Below, one piece after another: positions 54,216 to 64,000 of a DNA stretch of 64,000 nucleotides. The DNA is from Planctomycetota bacterium (lineage in GTDB: Bacteria > Planctomycetota > SZUA-567 > H5-PLA8). The first letter of the stretch is position 1; the number at the start of each line of letters is the position of its first letter. A program made the position numbers and the translations under genes. The notes beneath the pieces were generated by a model. The model saw nothing but the letters and a program-made list of their open reading frames with translations, was not told the DNA's origin and did no database searches. The stretch spans positions 1-64,000 of the forward strand of contig JBBRPR010000006.1 of assembly GCA_038227875.1 (NCBI GenBank). Reading direction: 5' to 3'.

Positions 54216-55032
54216 ATGAAAGCTCTGTATGACTACGTTCTCATCGGGATGTGTGCGCCATTTGTACTCCTGCTGATCGCAGCGGGTTTGCGGAGTTACA
54301 TCCTAGGTGCCGTCTTCGCCGGCATTGGGATGCTCTTTGCATTGGGCGGAGTGGCCATCGGTTTTGCGGGGCTAAGAGAGGCCCATGACGTGGTCGGAAA
54401 CTTTGCCGCCTTTGCGGGGCTCTATGCCATTGTTGCGGTAGCCTGCTTTTTCTTTCGCCATTCGGTCCGCCCAACGAAGGAAGAGCGCCTCGCCAGGATT
54501 CGTCAACAATACAGCGACGAGCACTTTGTCCTGATGCCGTTTACTGGATTCCATCAGGACGGTGCCTGCTGGGAATGCGGCAACCCTCATGCACCGTTGC
54601 GCCAGTTTCGGTTGGTTCGAGTCGTCGTACTGCCCGTGGCAGTTGGCGGAGAATCTGTGACCACTCCAATTCCACTGTGCGCAGAACATTCTTCCTACAT
54701 GCACACAGTGCCGCATTGGGTTCGAATGCTATGCGGTCCTTTCGCGTTTCTAGTTCTAATCCTGCCGCTGCTCGTGTTTGGCGACTTCTTCGAACGTCAA
54801 TCCGAGACGTTCCGAAAAGTTGAGATACTGAGTTCCCTGGTCGGGGCGATTGCCTTCTATTTCTTCTGTTTTTGGTGGGCAAATCAGAAGCAGCACCTTC
54901 AGACTACGGACACTGGATCTGGAGACGGGAGTCGCTGTCGTGTATTTTCAGAACGCAGAAATCGCGCGGATGGCGCGCGCTGAACTCGAAGCTCAAGCAC
55001 AGCGAGAACTTCACGTCTGCACTACATTATAA
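54216..55032 (+). pseudogene. Multi-TM membrane protein with probable frameshift near 54885
   Basis: ORF 54216-54983 ends in a polar junk-like tail; the +1 frame continues RSSTFRLRTLDLETGVAVVYFQNAEIARMARAE to TAA 55032. Confidence 0.5.
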
Positions 55033-55251
55033 ACATCAATGCTGGCGAATTAATTAACAGCACATTATGTCATACTAGTGTGTACATTATAAAATTTCTT
55101 TATTCTCCTATGAACTATTAGTTTTATTTAGTCGCACAAAACAACACACAAAGTTTTTTATGGATTGAACCTCCCGAAATTTCGAGCTATATCAATTGGA
55201 CGCAAAATCGCCTGCCCCGCGTGCCCCGGCATTACCTTTGGAGTTTCTTAC

Positions 55252-57894
55252 ATGTCGAACACCCGCCTCCCAATCCTTGTCTTTTCACTTTTGATCTCGA
55301 GCTTACTCACCGCGTCGAACTGCGCTCACGCCGAGTCTCCGGCGCCGATGCCGGCTGCGCTCAGTTCCGCGCCCGCCAACACGTGGGTGAAGGTGCTGGA
55401 ATTGAAGACCGGCGAGCGCGATCAGCCCGTGTTCGTCTTCGCGTCGAAATTCGGCAAGTTCGTCGCCGCCGCCGGCAACCAGGCCGACTGCGCCATCCGG
55501 CCGCGTCACTACGACACCGAGGAATTCGATCTCGCTCAGTCCAAGTGGATTAACGCCTATCCGCCCGGCATGGAACAAGGCCGCCCCGAGTCGGGACCGG
55601 TCAGCGACGAGTACACCAAGCAGCGCTCCGCACAAGGCGGCCATGGCGCCGAGCCCTTCTATAAGGATGGAAAGTACCTGCGTCCCGGTGTCGGCAGCCA
55701 ATGGAACATCGCCAAAACGTATGGCGAATACTGCTACGCCGCGGACGGCAGCAAGGGCGGCTCGATCTACGCGTACCTCTGGAACAAGACGCTCCAATAC
55801 GACGTCGCCGCGCGCACGTGGTCGGATCTGAATACTCCGCCGCGCACCCAATGCCGCATCTGGGGTTCGCTCTGTTACGACCCGCTCAACAAGGAAGTCG
55901 TTCACGTCGGCGGTGACGGCGGCACCGCCGACACCTCCACGTGGGTTTACAGCATCGACAAGAACGAGTGGCGCAAACTCGAATTCGGATCGCCCAAGTT
56001 CAAGGAACTCTTCGCCAAAGCCCATGACCTGTGCTGGCAGACCAAGACGCTGGTCGGCCGCTGCGCCGGCCGCCACGCCATCGCCGAAACCGCCGCGGAA
56101 AGCAAAGTCGATCTCAGCGCAGAAGCCGTCAAGCTCACTTCAAGCATCGAAAAGTTTGCCTCCGACATCAAGGCCACTGAATTGGCCGGCAGCGAAAAAG
56201 CCGCCGCACAGGTCGCGATCACGCGCCTCAATCTTGCGGCCTCCGCGCTCAAGACTGCCGGAGCCGGATTGAGCAGCGCGATCACGCCCGAGAAAATCGG
56301 AGCCACCCGTGCCGTACGCGAGACCATCGAGCAGGTCGTCGACGCGCTCGCTCCGGAACCGCCTGGCCGCGCACGCTCGCAGGCCGTGCTCAATCCCGTC
56401 AGCAACAAGATCGTGGTCTTCGGCGGCGATGGACTGGACCGCGTCCTCTCCGACACCTGGGTCTATGATTGCAAGACGCGCGTGTGGGAGCAGCGCTTCC
56501 CGGCCAAGGTTCCCTCGCCGCGCGCGGGGCATATTCTCAGCTGGCTGCCCGGCGCCAAACAGGTCGTCCTGGCTGGCGGCTACAACCGCCTCACGCTGCC
56601 GCAGGAAGTCTGGGTCTACAACGTCGACTCCAACGAATGGAAAGCCGTGCTGAATTGCCTGGTTCCCGACAACGGACCGAAGATCACCAACCGTGGCATC
56701 CAGGTCGGCGCCGTCTCCGATGGCGACATTCTGCTCTGCCCCAACGGCACCACCGTCTGGGGTGTCAAAGTCGACGCCGCCAAACCCGGCGCCGCCTCTG
56801 AGGGGGCGGTCGCCGTCGCGCCGGGCAGTTACGTCATCAACCCCATCGACCCGGCCACCTGGGAAAACGCGGCGCATTCCGATCCCGCCGCCGCTCGAAA
56901 AACGCTCAACGATCTTCCGGCCAATCAGTGGACCGCGCTCAAATTTCCCAAGTACGCGCCGGGCTCGAACAACCGCTGGGGCACCACGGCCTACGACACC
57001 GATCGCCACCAGTTCCTGTTCTGGGGCGGCGGACACTCGGCAAGCCACGAAGACGACGTCGATCACTTCAGTGTGCTCGGCGGCTTCTGGACCATCGGCT
57101 ACACGCCCGACGACCCGATCGAAAATGTCTACGCCGACCAGCCCACGCCGCTGAGTTTCCGCGACCGCTGCCACGTGCCGGTTCATGCTTACCGCGCCTA
57201 CGCCTACGATCAGACCGCTGGCAGAATGTTCTACCTGGACCGCGGCTACGACCCGCTGGTGCGCGATTGGGTCACGGCTCCTACGACCGGTCTGGAACAT
57301 CTCGGCCCAATGCATACGCACATCAAGCCTACACCGGCCGGCGCCGTCGCCTTGTCCACCAAGGGCTTCTTCCGCTTCAACGCCAAGACCATCACCTGGG
57401 CCAAGCTGCCGTGGAACGGCCCGCCGCCCGGCGATGCCTGGTGCGACGGCGTCTGCATGATTTACGATTCCAAGCGCAATTGCGAATGGATCACCTTCGA
57501 CAAGGAGATTCTCAAATACGATTTTGCCTCCGGAAACGTCGAGAAGCAGACGCCCGCCAAGCCCGCGTCACTGGGTCAATGGCTGCTGCCGGCTGAAGCC
57601 GTTTATCTTCCCGATGCCGATCTGATCCTGGCAATGACGATGATCAAGCTGAAGGACGGCCAGCTGCACAACTACGCGTTCGATCCCAACGATGGAAAAT
57701 TTTACACCGTCGACCTGCAATACAGCGACGACGGCAAGCCCGTGGCCTTCAAGGACAGTCCCTTCAGCTGGTCCGATGCGATGGACTACGACCCGGAGCT
57801 CAAGCTGGTGTTCCTGAACAATTCCAGCAGCTACAAAGTCTGGGCCTTAAAGTTCGATCGCAAGAGCGCGAAGCTGACGGAGCTGAAAGAGTAG
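55252..57894 (+). CDS. Secreted Kelch/beta-propeller protein
   Basis: Signal peptide; VVFGGDG..SDTWVYD, PSPRAGH, LFWGGGH repeats. Confidence 0.8.
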   Translation: MSNTRLPILVFSLLISSLLTASNCAHAESPAPMPAALSSAPANTWVKVLELKTGERDQPVFVFASKFGKFVAAAGNQADCAIRPRHYDTEEFDLAQSKWINAYPPGMEQGRPESGPVSDEYTKQRSAQGGHGAEPFYKDGKYLRPGVGSQWNIAKTYGEYCYAADGSKGGSIYAYLWNKTLQYDVAARTWSDLNTPPRTQCRIWGSLCYDPLNKEVVHVGGDGGTADTSTWVYSIDKNEWRKLEFGSPKFKELFAKAHDLCWQTKTLVGRCAGRHAIAETAAESKVDLSAEAVKLTSSIEKFASDIKATELAGSEKAAAQVAITRLNLAASALKTAGAGLSSAITPEKIGATRAVRETIEQVVDALAPEPPGRARSQAVLNPVSNKIVVFGGDGLDRVLSDTWVYDCKTRVWEQRFPAKVPSPRAGHILSWLPGAKQVVLAGGYNRLTLPQEVWVYNVDSNEWKAVLNCLVPDNGPKITNRGIQVGAVSDGDILLCPNGTTVWGVKVDAAKPGAASEGAVAVAPGSYVINPIDPATWENAAHSDPAAARKTLNDLPANQWTALKFPKYAPGSNNRWGTTAYDTDRHQFLFWGGGHSASHEDDVDHFSVLGGFWTIGYTPDDPIENVYADQPTPLSFRDRCHVPVHAYRAYAYDQTAGRMFYLDRGYDPLVRDWVTAPTTGLEHLGPMHTHIKPTPAGAVALSTKGFFRFNAKTITWAKLPWNGPPPGDAWCDGVCMIYDSKRNCEWITFDKEILKYDFASGNVEKQTPAKPASLGQWLLPAEAVYLPDADLILAMTMIKLKDGQLHNYAFDPNDGKFYTVDLQYSDDGKPVAFKDSPFSWSDAMDYDPELKLVFLNNSSSYKVWALKFDRKSAKLTELKE

Positions 57895-58003
57895 CTTTTA
57901 CCGATGCGCCGCTGACTTTTCGGCGCATTTTTTACGGACGCATTGTACTAAATACAGAACACATGTTCTTGATTTGAGACGACGAACTGGAGAGCCGAAC
58001 CAC

Positions 58004-60100
58004 ATGAGTCCACTCCGCGCCCTGCTCGCCGTTCTGCTCCTCGCCTGCGCCGCCGCACGCGCCGCAGAAGGCAAATCCGAAATCCTGGCGGAACTCGACG
58101 CGCCCGCGGCCAACGGCTGGCCCGACCGCTGGAAGGACGATGTCGTCGAGAGCACCAAGGTGGTCCATCCGACCGCCGGCACCTGCTATGCGTCGGCTAC
58201 CATCAAGGGCAAGCTTCCCGACTCGGGAACCGTGCTCGTCCGCATCCATTATTTTTCCGAAGGCAACGACGCGTTCACCATGGGCATCGGCGCGTGGGGT
58301 TCGCCGACGCAGGAAGTCATTCCGCAGAAGAAAGGCTGGCAGGATACGTACCTGGGATTTAACGCCTGCGTGTTGCCCGGCTTCGTGAAAGACGGCAAGC
58401 TGGCGCTGGTCTTCCAAAAGCCGCTGGCGAAAGGCGCCGGAATTTCGCGCGTGGAACTCTTCGTGCCCTCGCACGATGAACTGCTGACCGCCTACAAGAC
58501 CTTTGTGAAAGAAAGCACGGAAGAAGCTTGGAAACTGGCCATGGGCGGCAAGTTCACGTTCGTCGACGACTACGACAGCAAGGAACCGCTCAACCCCGCC
58601 GACGAAGACCAGAAGCGCGGCGCGATTCCATTTCTGCGCAGCTACGTGAAGTTCATCTACCCCGCCAGCGTCCCGACCAAGGAGGAACGCCTGACCAGCG
58701 CCGGCGTCCAGCTTCCGCCCGGCGAAACCGTGCCGCTGCAGCTGGCGATCAAGGCGCTCAAGGATTTTCCCGAATGCAAAGCCGAAGCCGCCGGCGCGCT
58801 GCCCAAGGGATTGAAGACCGACATCCGCTGGGTCGAGAACGTTCCCATCCGCACCGCCGGTGGCTCGACGTCGACCAAGTGGCACGTCCAGCCCAACCGG
58901 CTCTGGACCAGCGACATTTTCCCGACCTGCGCCGTGAAGGCCAACGACGCGCAGGCGTGGTACGTCCTGATCTCCGCCGCCGCGGACACGCCGGCGGGAA
59001 TTTTTCCCGTCAGCATCGCCATCAAGAACGGCGCCGAGACGATCCTGACGTTCACCGTCAAAGTTGAAGTGCTGCCCTTCAAACTTCCCAAAGACATCGG
59101 CAAGCGCTTCATCCTCACCGAAGGCCTCATGGTTGAAGACGAGAAGATCATCCAGGACATGGGCGAACACGGACTCAACGGCGTCGCGTCGTTCAACGAT
59201 TTTCAGCCAGTCTTGAAGAAGGCCGTCGACTTCACCGCGTGGGACGCCTACTTCGCGACGCTCAAGAAACACGGCATTGACCAGGCCTTCTACTGGTACC
59301 TCGGCAATCCCAAGAGCGGCAATGCCGTGATGGGCGACGTCGGCAAGGACGACTTCGTCAAGATTCTTCAAGGAATCAACGAACGCGTCAAAGACGGCCG
59401 CTACCCGAAGTTCTTTGTCCTCTCCATCGACGAAGCCGCCTCCAGCGCGCACGCCATGACCCAGCTCAAGGAACTCGCCGAGCTCATCAAGCAGCACGCG
59501 CCGCTGCTCCATTGCATGAGCGCCTCGATGGGCAGCATGGACAACGCGCAGAAATACTTGGGGACCATCGACGTTCTCGCGACCAACGGGGCCTATCCAG
59601 AAAGCAACGCCTGGTGCAAGAAGAACAATGTCACCTTCACTGTCTACACGTACGTCGCCGCGCGCGTTAAAGCCGCCGATACGCGGTTGGATTACGGCAT
59701 CATGCCCTGGCAGAGCGACGCGACGTTGATGAACGGCTGGGCGCTGCGGTGGTACAACGGCAACCCGTTCAACGATCTCGATTCGACGGCCTCCGATTGG
59801 TGCGTGATCATGCCCAACTGGTGCGGTGCCCCGATCTCGACGCCCAGCTGGGAAGGGATGCGCGAAGGGATCAACGACCAGCGCTACCTGGCGCTCTACG
59901 AACAACTGGTGAAGGACGGCAAGGCCGACGGCCAGCTCTTGCAGCAGCTCAAAGAAAAGGGCGCCGGCAGCACCACTGTCGCGAAGGAGAAAGTGATCGG
60001 CGACTCCGTCTTCGGCGCGAGCGCCAACAATGCCTCCGACCTCGAAATCGCCCGCGAAAAAGTCATCGCAGAGATCGTGAAGGCGGTGGGGAAGAAGTAG
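58004..60100 (+). CDS. Secreted putative glycoside hydrolase-like protein (DUF4091-type C-terminus)
   Basis: Signal peptide, PGETVP..L, SIDE, STPSWEGMREGINDQRYL. Confidence 0.7.
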   Translation: MSPLRALLAVLLLACAAARAAEGKSEILAELDAPAANGWPDRWKDDVVESTKVVHPTAGTCYASATIKGKLPDSGTVLVRIHYFSEGNDAFTMGIGAWGSPTQEVIPQKKGWQDTYLGFNACVLPGFVKDGKLALVFQKPLAKGAGISRVELFVPSHDELLTAYKTFVKESTEEAWKLAMGGKFTFVDDYDSKEPLNPADEDQKRGAIPFLRSYVKFIYPASVPTKEERLTSAGVQLPPGETVPLQLAIKALKDFPECKAEAAGALPKGLKTDIRWVENVPIRTAGGSTSTKWHVQPNRLWTSDIFPTCAVKANDAQAWYVLISAAADTPAGIFPVSIAIKNGAETILTFTVKVEVLPFKLPKDIGKRFILTEGLMVEDEKIIQDMGEHGLNGVASFNDFQPVLKKAVDFTAWDAYFATLKKHGIDQAFYWYLGNPKSGNAVMGDVGKDDFVKILQGINERVKDGRYPKFFVLSIDEAASSAHAMTQLKELAELIKQHAPLLHCMSASMGSMDNAQKYLGTIDVLATNGAYPESNAWCKKNNVTFTVYTYVAARVKAADTRLDYGIMPWQSDATLMNGWALRWYNGNPFNDLDSTASDWCVIMPNWCGAPISTPSWEGMREGINDQRYLALYEQLVKDGKADGQLLQQLKEKGAGSTTVAKEKVIGDSVFGASANNASDLEIAREKVIAEIVKAVGKK

Positions 60101-60431
60101 GACGAGCGTCTGAACGTCGACGATTGCCCCCGTGCGCGCGGAACAAATCAAACGATAACCTTTTTGAGTGGTGGCCCGGCCCAGAGCGTAGCGTCGGGCC
60201 GGGTCGCGCAGCGACAAGAAGCTCCAGGACAGACTCGTCCAATTTAAAAAATTTACGACTTCGCCAATTTCGCGAACAGACGTGCCCGCACTGCAACACG
60301 GAAACAGTCCACAATCGCAACTCCCAAGAGCCGAATTCCCTCCTCTTTTTTCGTTGACACGCGCTGTGGAATCGTCAATTATGCGAACACGTTAGTTGAA
60401 TACGTAAACTGTTAATCAGGACGCCCAATCC

Positions 60432-61364
60432 ATGCCGACCGCCACCGTCCGTGAGATCGCACTGCGCGCCGGGTTCTCCGTCGCCGCCGTCTCCAAGACC
60501 CTCAATTCTGTCGAGGGCACGATCCGCATCGGCGATGAGACTCGCCAGAAAATCCTCGAGGCCGCGCGCTCGCTCTGCTACCGGCCCAACGACGACATCG
60601 GGCTGCTCGTCACACCCGACTACTCGTACCTCGACCCGCTCACGGCGCGCGTGCTCTAGGGCGTGCAATTTGAAGCGCAGAACCGCCACTCGCACGTGCT
60701 CTGCGGCCTGATGAGCGTCGGTGCGCTGCCTCAGATCGTCCGGGAGTCCTGCGTCGGCGGCGTGCTCTTTCTCCACCGCGCGCCGGAGGCGATGACCAGT
60801 TACCTCAACGACCGCGGTCTGCCCTTCGTCGTGATCAACCCCGACGTCGAGACCGAATCCGACTGCATCGTCTGCGACGACCACAAAGGCATGAGCGACG
60901 CGCTCTCCCATCTCTACAAGCAGGGCTGCCGCCGCTTCGTCTTCATGTGGCCGGAGAACAATCATCCCTCGTACGCCAAGCGCTTGCGCGCGTTCACGGA
61001 ATTCGTCACGCGCCGCAAGCTCGAACACTTTGTCGTCTCCACGCAACCGGATGCCGCCACGGCCAAGCACGTCCGCGAGTGGCTGAAGACGCCGCAGCTG
61101 ACGGGTTTCATCATCTGGGAAGAACTCTACCCCTTCATTCTCGCGCAGGCCGAGCGCGCTCAGCTCAAGCAACTGCGCGTCGTCACGGTCAATGACCTGC
61201 TCTCGGCGCTCTTTGTGCCGCGCGTCACGTCCGTGCGCGTGCCGTTTCTGGAGATGGGCCGCGAGGCCGTACGCATGCTGATTCGCAAATGGAACGACAA
61301 TCACGCGCCGATGCCCAGCGTCACGGTGACGCCCGAGCTGATCGTGCGCGAATCGGAATTCTGA
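60432..61364 (+). pseudogene. LacI-family regulator interrupted by an in-frame TAG (60657-60659)
   Basis: TVREIALRAGFSVAAVSKTLN HTH; the same frame continues past TAG with GVQFEAQ...TSVRVP..EMGREAV..PELIVRES. Confidence 0.8.
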
Positions 61365-61385
61365 AAATCCAGGAGGAGTAATCCA

Positions 61386-63272
61386 ATGCCAACCGCGTGG
61401 GGGCGGGCGAGTCTTTTGGCCGTGGTGTTTGTGCTGGGGTTATGCAGCCAGGCTGCACGCTCGGCGCAGTACATCGTCGATCAGAAAAGTGCCGGAGCCA
61501 GCGACGACAATCCGGGCAGCGCCGACAAACCGTTCCGTTCCATCCACAAAGCCACGGACGTGGCGCGCGCGGGCGACATCGTGCTGGTCAAGGCCGGTCT
61601 CTACCGCGAGTGGGTCCCGCTTTATCACAGTGGAACTGCGGAAGCGCCGATCCGCATTCAAGCCGATCCGCCGGGTTCCGTGACCGTCTCGGGCTCGGAT
61701 CTCTTCACCGAGTGGGAACCGCTGGCCGGCACGGAGAACGTTTATTCCACGCCGTGGAAGTACGTCTTCGCCATCAGCCAGACCGCGGAAGGCAAACCGG
61801 TGGAGTACCATCCGGACAGTGCCAGCCTGTGGGGCCGCGCGGAGCAGGCCTTCGTTGACGGCAAGCCCTTGCGGCCGTGCTTGAGTCTGGACGAAATGCG
61901 CAAAGGCATCAGCGAACACGCGGCGGCGCTCAAAGACAAAAAGGAATCCCCGGTGCTCAAGACCCCGACGCCGAATCTGGGGACGCCGTTCGCCGGCATC
62001 TTCTTCGCCGACACGCAGCAGACCAAGCGCTTGTACGTGTGGCTGGCCGATGGCGGCGATCCGCACAAACATGCCATGGAGTTGTCGACGCGCGAATACG
62101 TCGTCGGCACCAGCCCCTGGGGATTTCCAGAAGGCACCAAATGCGTGATCTTCAGCGGCTTCATCGTCCGGCACGGCTCCTCCTTTCCGCAGCGCGCCGC
62201 GGTCTGCCTGCATGGCAAGAATAACGTGCTCGAGAACTGCATCGTCGAAGACATGGCCGGCAGCGGCGCGGCCGTGGACGGAACGATGCGTGGATGCGTG
62301 CTCCGCCGCAATGGCCACAACGGTGGCGGCGCGTTCGGCGATGGCTTCGTCAATCAGGAAAGTCTCTGGGAAGGCAACGCCTGGAAACCGATCGACCGCG
62401 GCTGGGATTCGGCCGGTATGAAAAATTGCTACGTGGACGGCGGCCGGATTGAGAAATGCATCTTCCGCCGCAACGGCGGCCCGGGTCTCTGGTTCGATAT
62501 TCACGCCCGCAACATCGACGTGACCCAGTGCGTCTTCTGGGAGAACGAAGGCAGCGGCCTGTTCATTGAAATCTCACGCAACATCCGCGTGTTCAACAAT
62601 CTCTCCGTGCGCAACGCCTGCGGCGTGGTCGGCTCTCCCGATGGCGGCTGGGGTGCCGGCGGCATCATGCTGGCGGAAAGCATGAACTGCGTCGTGGCCT
62701 CGAACACCTGCGTCGGCAACAAGGACGGCATCACGTTCCGCGAACAGGGCCCGCGCATGGTCGAGAAGACGCCGGACTTTGGCGACATTCCGTATGGCAA
62801 CCGCGGCGATGTCGTGACCGAAAACGTCTGTGCCGACAACGTCGGCTTTCCGTTCGCCTACTGGTCGGACAACAGTTTCTTCGGCTGGCATCCGTCCGAA
62901 AAGGACAAGTTCAAGAACGAAGAGGCCTGGGGCAAATGGATCGTGACCATGCCCGGCTACAATTGGGACCCGTCGAAGATGGGTCTGACGATCGACCGGA
63001 ATCTCTATTTCAAAACCGGTACGCCCGTGCAGCTCCTCTACGGTTGCCCCTGGCGCCCCAAGCACAAAGTCTGCGCCTCGGTTTCCGAACTCGCCCAAGC
63101 CAGCGGCTTCGACGCACGCAGCACCGTCGCCGACCCGAAATTCGAAGACGCCGCGAAGAACAACTTCCGCATCAAGCGCGAAGGCGCCGCGTGGGAGATG
63201 CAAGCCGGCTGGCTGACCGCGCCCACGGATCTGGAAGCGTGGATGAGCGCCTTTCTGCCGAAGTATCGGTAG
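61386..63272 (+). CDS. Secreted right-handed parallel beta-helix protein (DUF1565-like N-terminus)
   Basis: ASDDNPGSADKPFRSI..A..AGDIVLVKAGLYRE; NGGPGLWFD, GLFIEIS; AGGAG RBS. Confidence 0.85.
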   Translation: MPTAWGRASLLAVVFVLGLCSQAARSAQYIVDQKSAGASDDNPGSADKPFRSIHKATDVARAGDIVLVKAGLYREWVPLYHSGTAEAPIRIQADPPGSVTVSGSDLFTEWEPLAGTENVYSTPWKYVFAISQTAEGKPVEYHPDSASLWGRAEQAFVDGKPLRPCLSLDEMRKGISEHAAALKDKKESPVLKTPTPNLGTPFAGIFFADTQQTKRLYVWLADGGDPHKHAMELSTREYVVGTSPWGFPEGTKCVIFSGFIVRHGSSFPQRAAVCLHGKNNVLENCIVEDMAGSGAAVDGTMRGCVLRRNGHNGGGAFGDGFVNQESLWEGNAWKPIDRGWDSAGMKNCYVDGGRIEKCIFRRNGGPGLWFDIHARNIDVTQCVFWENEGSGLFIEISRNIRVFNNLSVRNACGVVGSPDGGWGAGGIMLAESMNCVVASNTCVGNKDGITFREQGPRMVEKTPDFGDIPYGNRGDVVTENVCADNVGFPFAYWSDNSFFGWHPSEKDKFKNEEAWGKWIVTMPGYNWDPSKMGLTIDRNLYFKTGTPVQLLYGCPWRPKHKVCASVSELAQASGFDARSTVADPKFEDAAKNNFRIKREGAAWEMQAGWLTAPTDLEAWMSAFLPKYR

Positions 63273-63407
63273 GGGGCGCTGGGCGTTTATGGAGTGCTTG
63301 GGCGAATAAGCGCTGGCGAGAGTTCCAATTCCGTTCGGCGAAAAGTGGTCGGTCGCAAGCGTTTGACCGACTACTATTAGCCGGACGGAGTTGGAATTTG
63401 AAGACAA

Positions 63408-63998
63408 TCAGTGTGAACCGTGCGACCCACTTTTCGAGGCAGCACTTCCCGCGTCCTGCGAAGCATCCCCCGCCCCGGCGGCGCTACTCTTCGCCACTTC
63501 GTGCTTGCCGCTCAGGACGCGTGCGATCAGGCCGCCCGCGGCGGAGAGCCAGCGGCCGGAGCCGGATTTCTTCGGCAGCACGTCGGTCTTGCTCACGCGA
63601 GCGGGTTCCGCGCTCTGGGTGTTCGTGGCCACCAGCGGCTGCTTGCCGTCGCGCAGGCGTTCAAGATCGCAGACCAGATCGGCGCAGCCCGTGTAGCGCT
63701 GCTGCGGATCCTTGGCCATCATCCGCGCCACAACAAAGGCGACGCCATCGGGGATATCGTGCTGGAGCGAGCGGACGTCGGGCGGATCTTCGTAAAGATG
63801 CTTCAACACCACCGTGGCCGGCGTCGGTCCCTGGAACGGCGTGCGTCCGGTGAGCAGGTGGAAGAACGTCGCGCCCAGCGAATAGATGTCGGAGCGGCCG
63901 TCGATGTTGGCGTCGGCACGGGCGTACTCCGGCGAGATATAGTACGCGGTGTCGCGCGTCGTGCCGACATGCAGGATCGTGCCGGTTTGCGTGACGAG
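63408..63998 (-). CDS. Ser/Thr protein kinase, C-terminal part (5'-truncated by the window end)
   Basis: YYISPEYA..IDGRSDIYSLGATFFHLLTGRTPF..MMAKDPQQRY. Confidence 0.88.
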   Translation of the reverse strand, partial: LVTQTGTILHVGTTRDTAYYISPEYARADANIDGRSDIYSLGATFFHLLTGRTPFQGPTPATVVLKHLYEDPPDVRSLQHDIPDGVAFVVARMMAKDPQQRYTGCADLVCDLERLRDGKQPLVATNTQSAEPARVSKTDVLPKKSGSGRWLSAAGGLIARVLSGKHEVAKSSAAGAGDASQDAGSAASKSGSHGSH

Positions 63999-64000
63999 TC

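Noticed and set aside
60657..60659. Genome-wide TAG recoding or pyrrolysine
   Set aside because: Many intact genes here end in TAG (e.g. 11021, 13836, 30659, 53833) and no pyl genes are visible.

Overview
GC-rich bacterial chromosomal window. The lineage is most likely Planctomycetota/PVC, inferred from 'QFSLR'-type N-termini, an ECF sigma factor with a membrane extension, a prenyltransferase-repeat anti-sigma, oleC/oleD and many secreted low-complexity proteins. Housekeeping and metabolic genes include cysS, a ferredoxin-thioredoxin reductase catalytic subunit, a group IV ornithine/lysine decarboxylase, ppdK, dapL, a class I aminotransferase, a P1B ATPase, oleC-oleD, three Gfo/Idh/MocA oxidoreductases, a PhyH dioxygenase and a rhodanese. 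Regulators include AraC, GntR, an interrupted LacI, a WYL protein, two ECF sigmas, a STAS protein and two Ser/Thr kinases. Several large secreted proteins are present (PhoX-like/PKD, NHL, Kelch, beta-helix). I saw no rRNA, tRNA, CRISPR array, transposase or integrase. The most notable signals are: (1) a near-leaderless 21-aa uORF ending Cys-Arg-Cys, behind a canonical sigma70 promoter and followed by alternative RNA stems, upstream of the cysS-ftr-unknown operon (candidate cysteine-sensing attenuator); (2) a 10-bp-periodic CCGGACAAAA repeat present both inside a gene and intergenically 54 kb away, with a highly structured non-coding segment downstream of that gene; (3) a duplicated upstream motif shared by a WYL gene and a neighbouring Zn-finger/DUF6882-like cassette; (4) several families of heptamer inverted-repeat elements; (5) an AT-richer island of three paralogous membrane proteins. 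All product calls come from motifs read by eye; no database searches were run.
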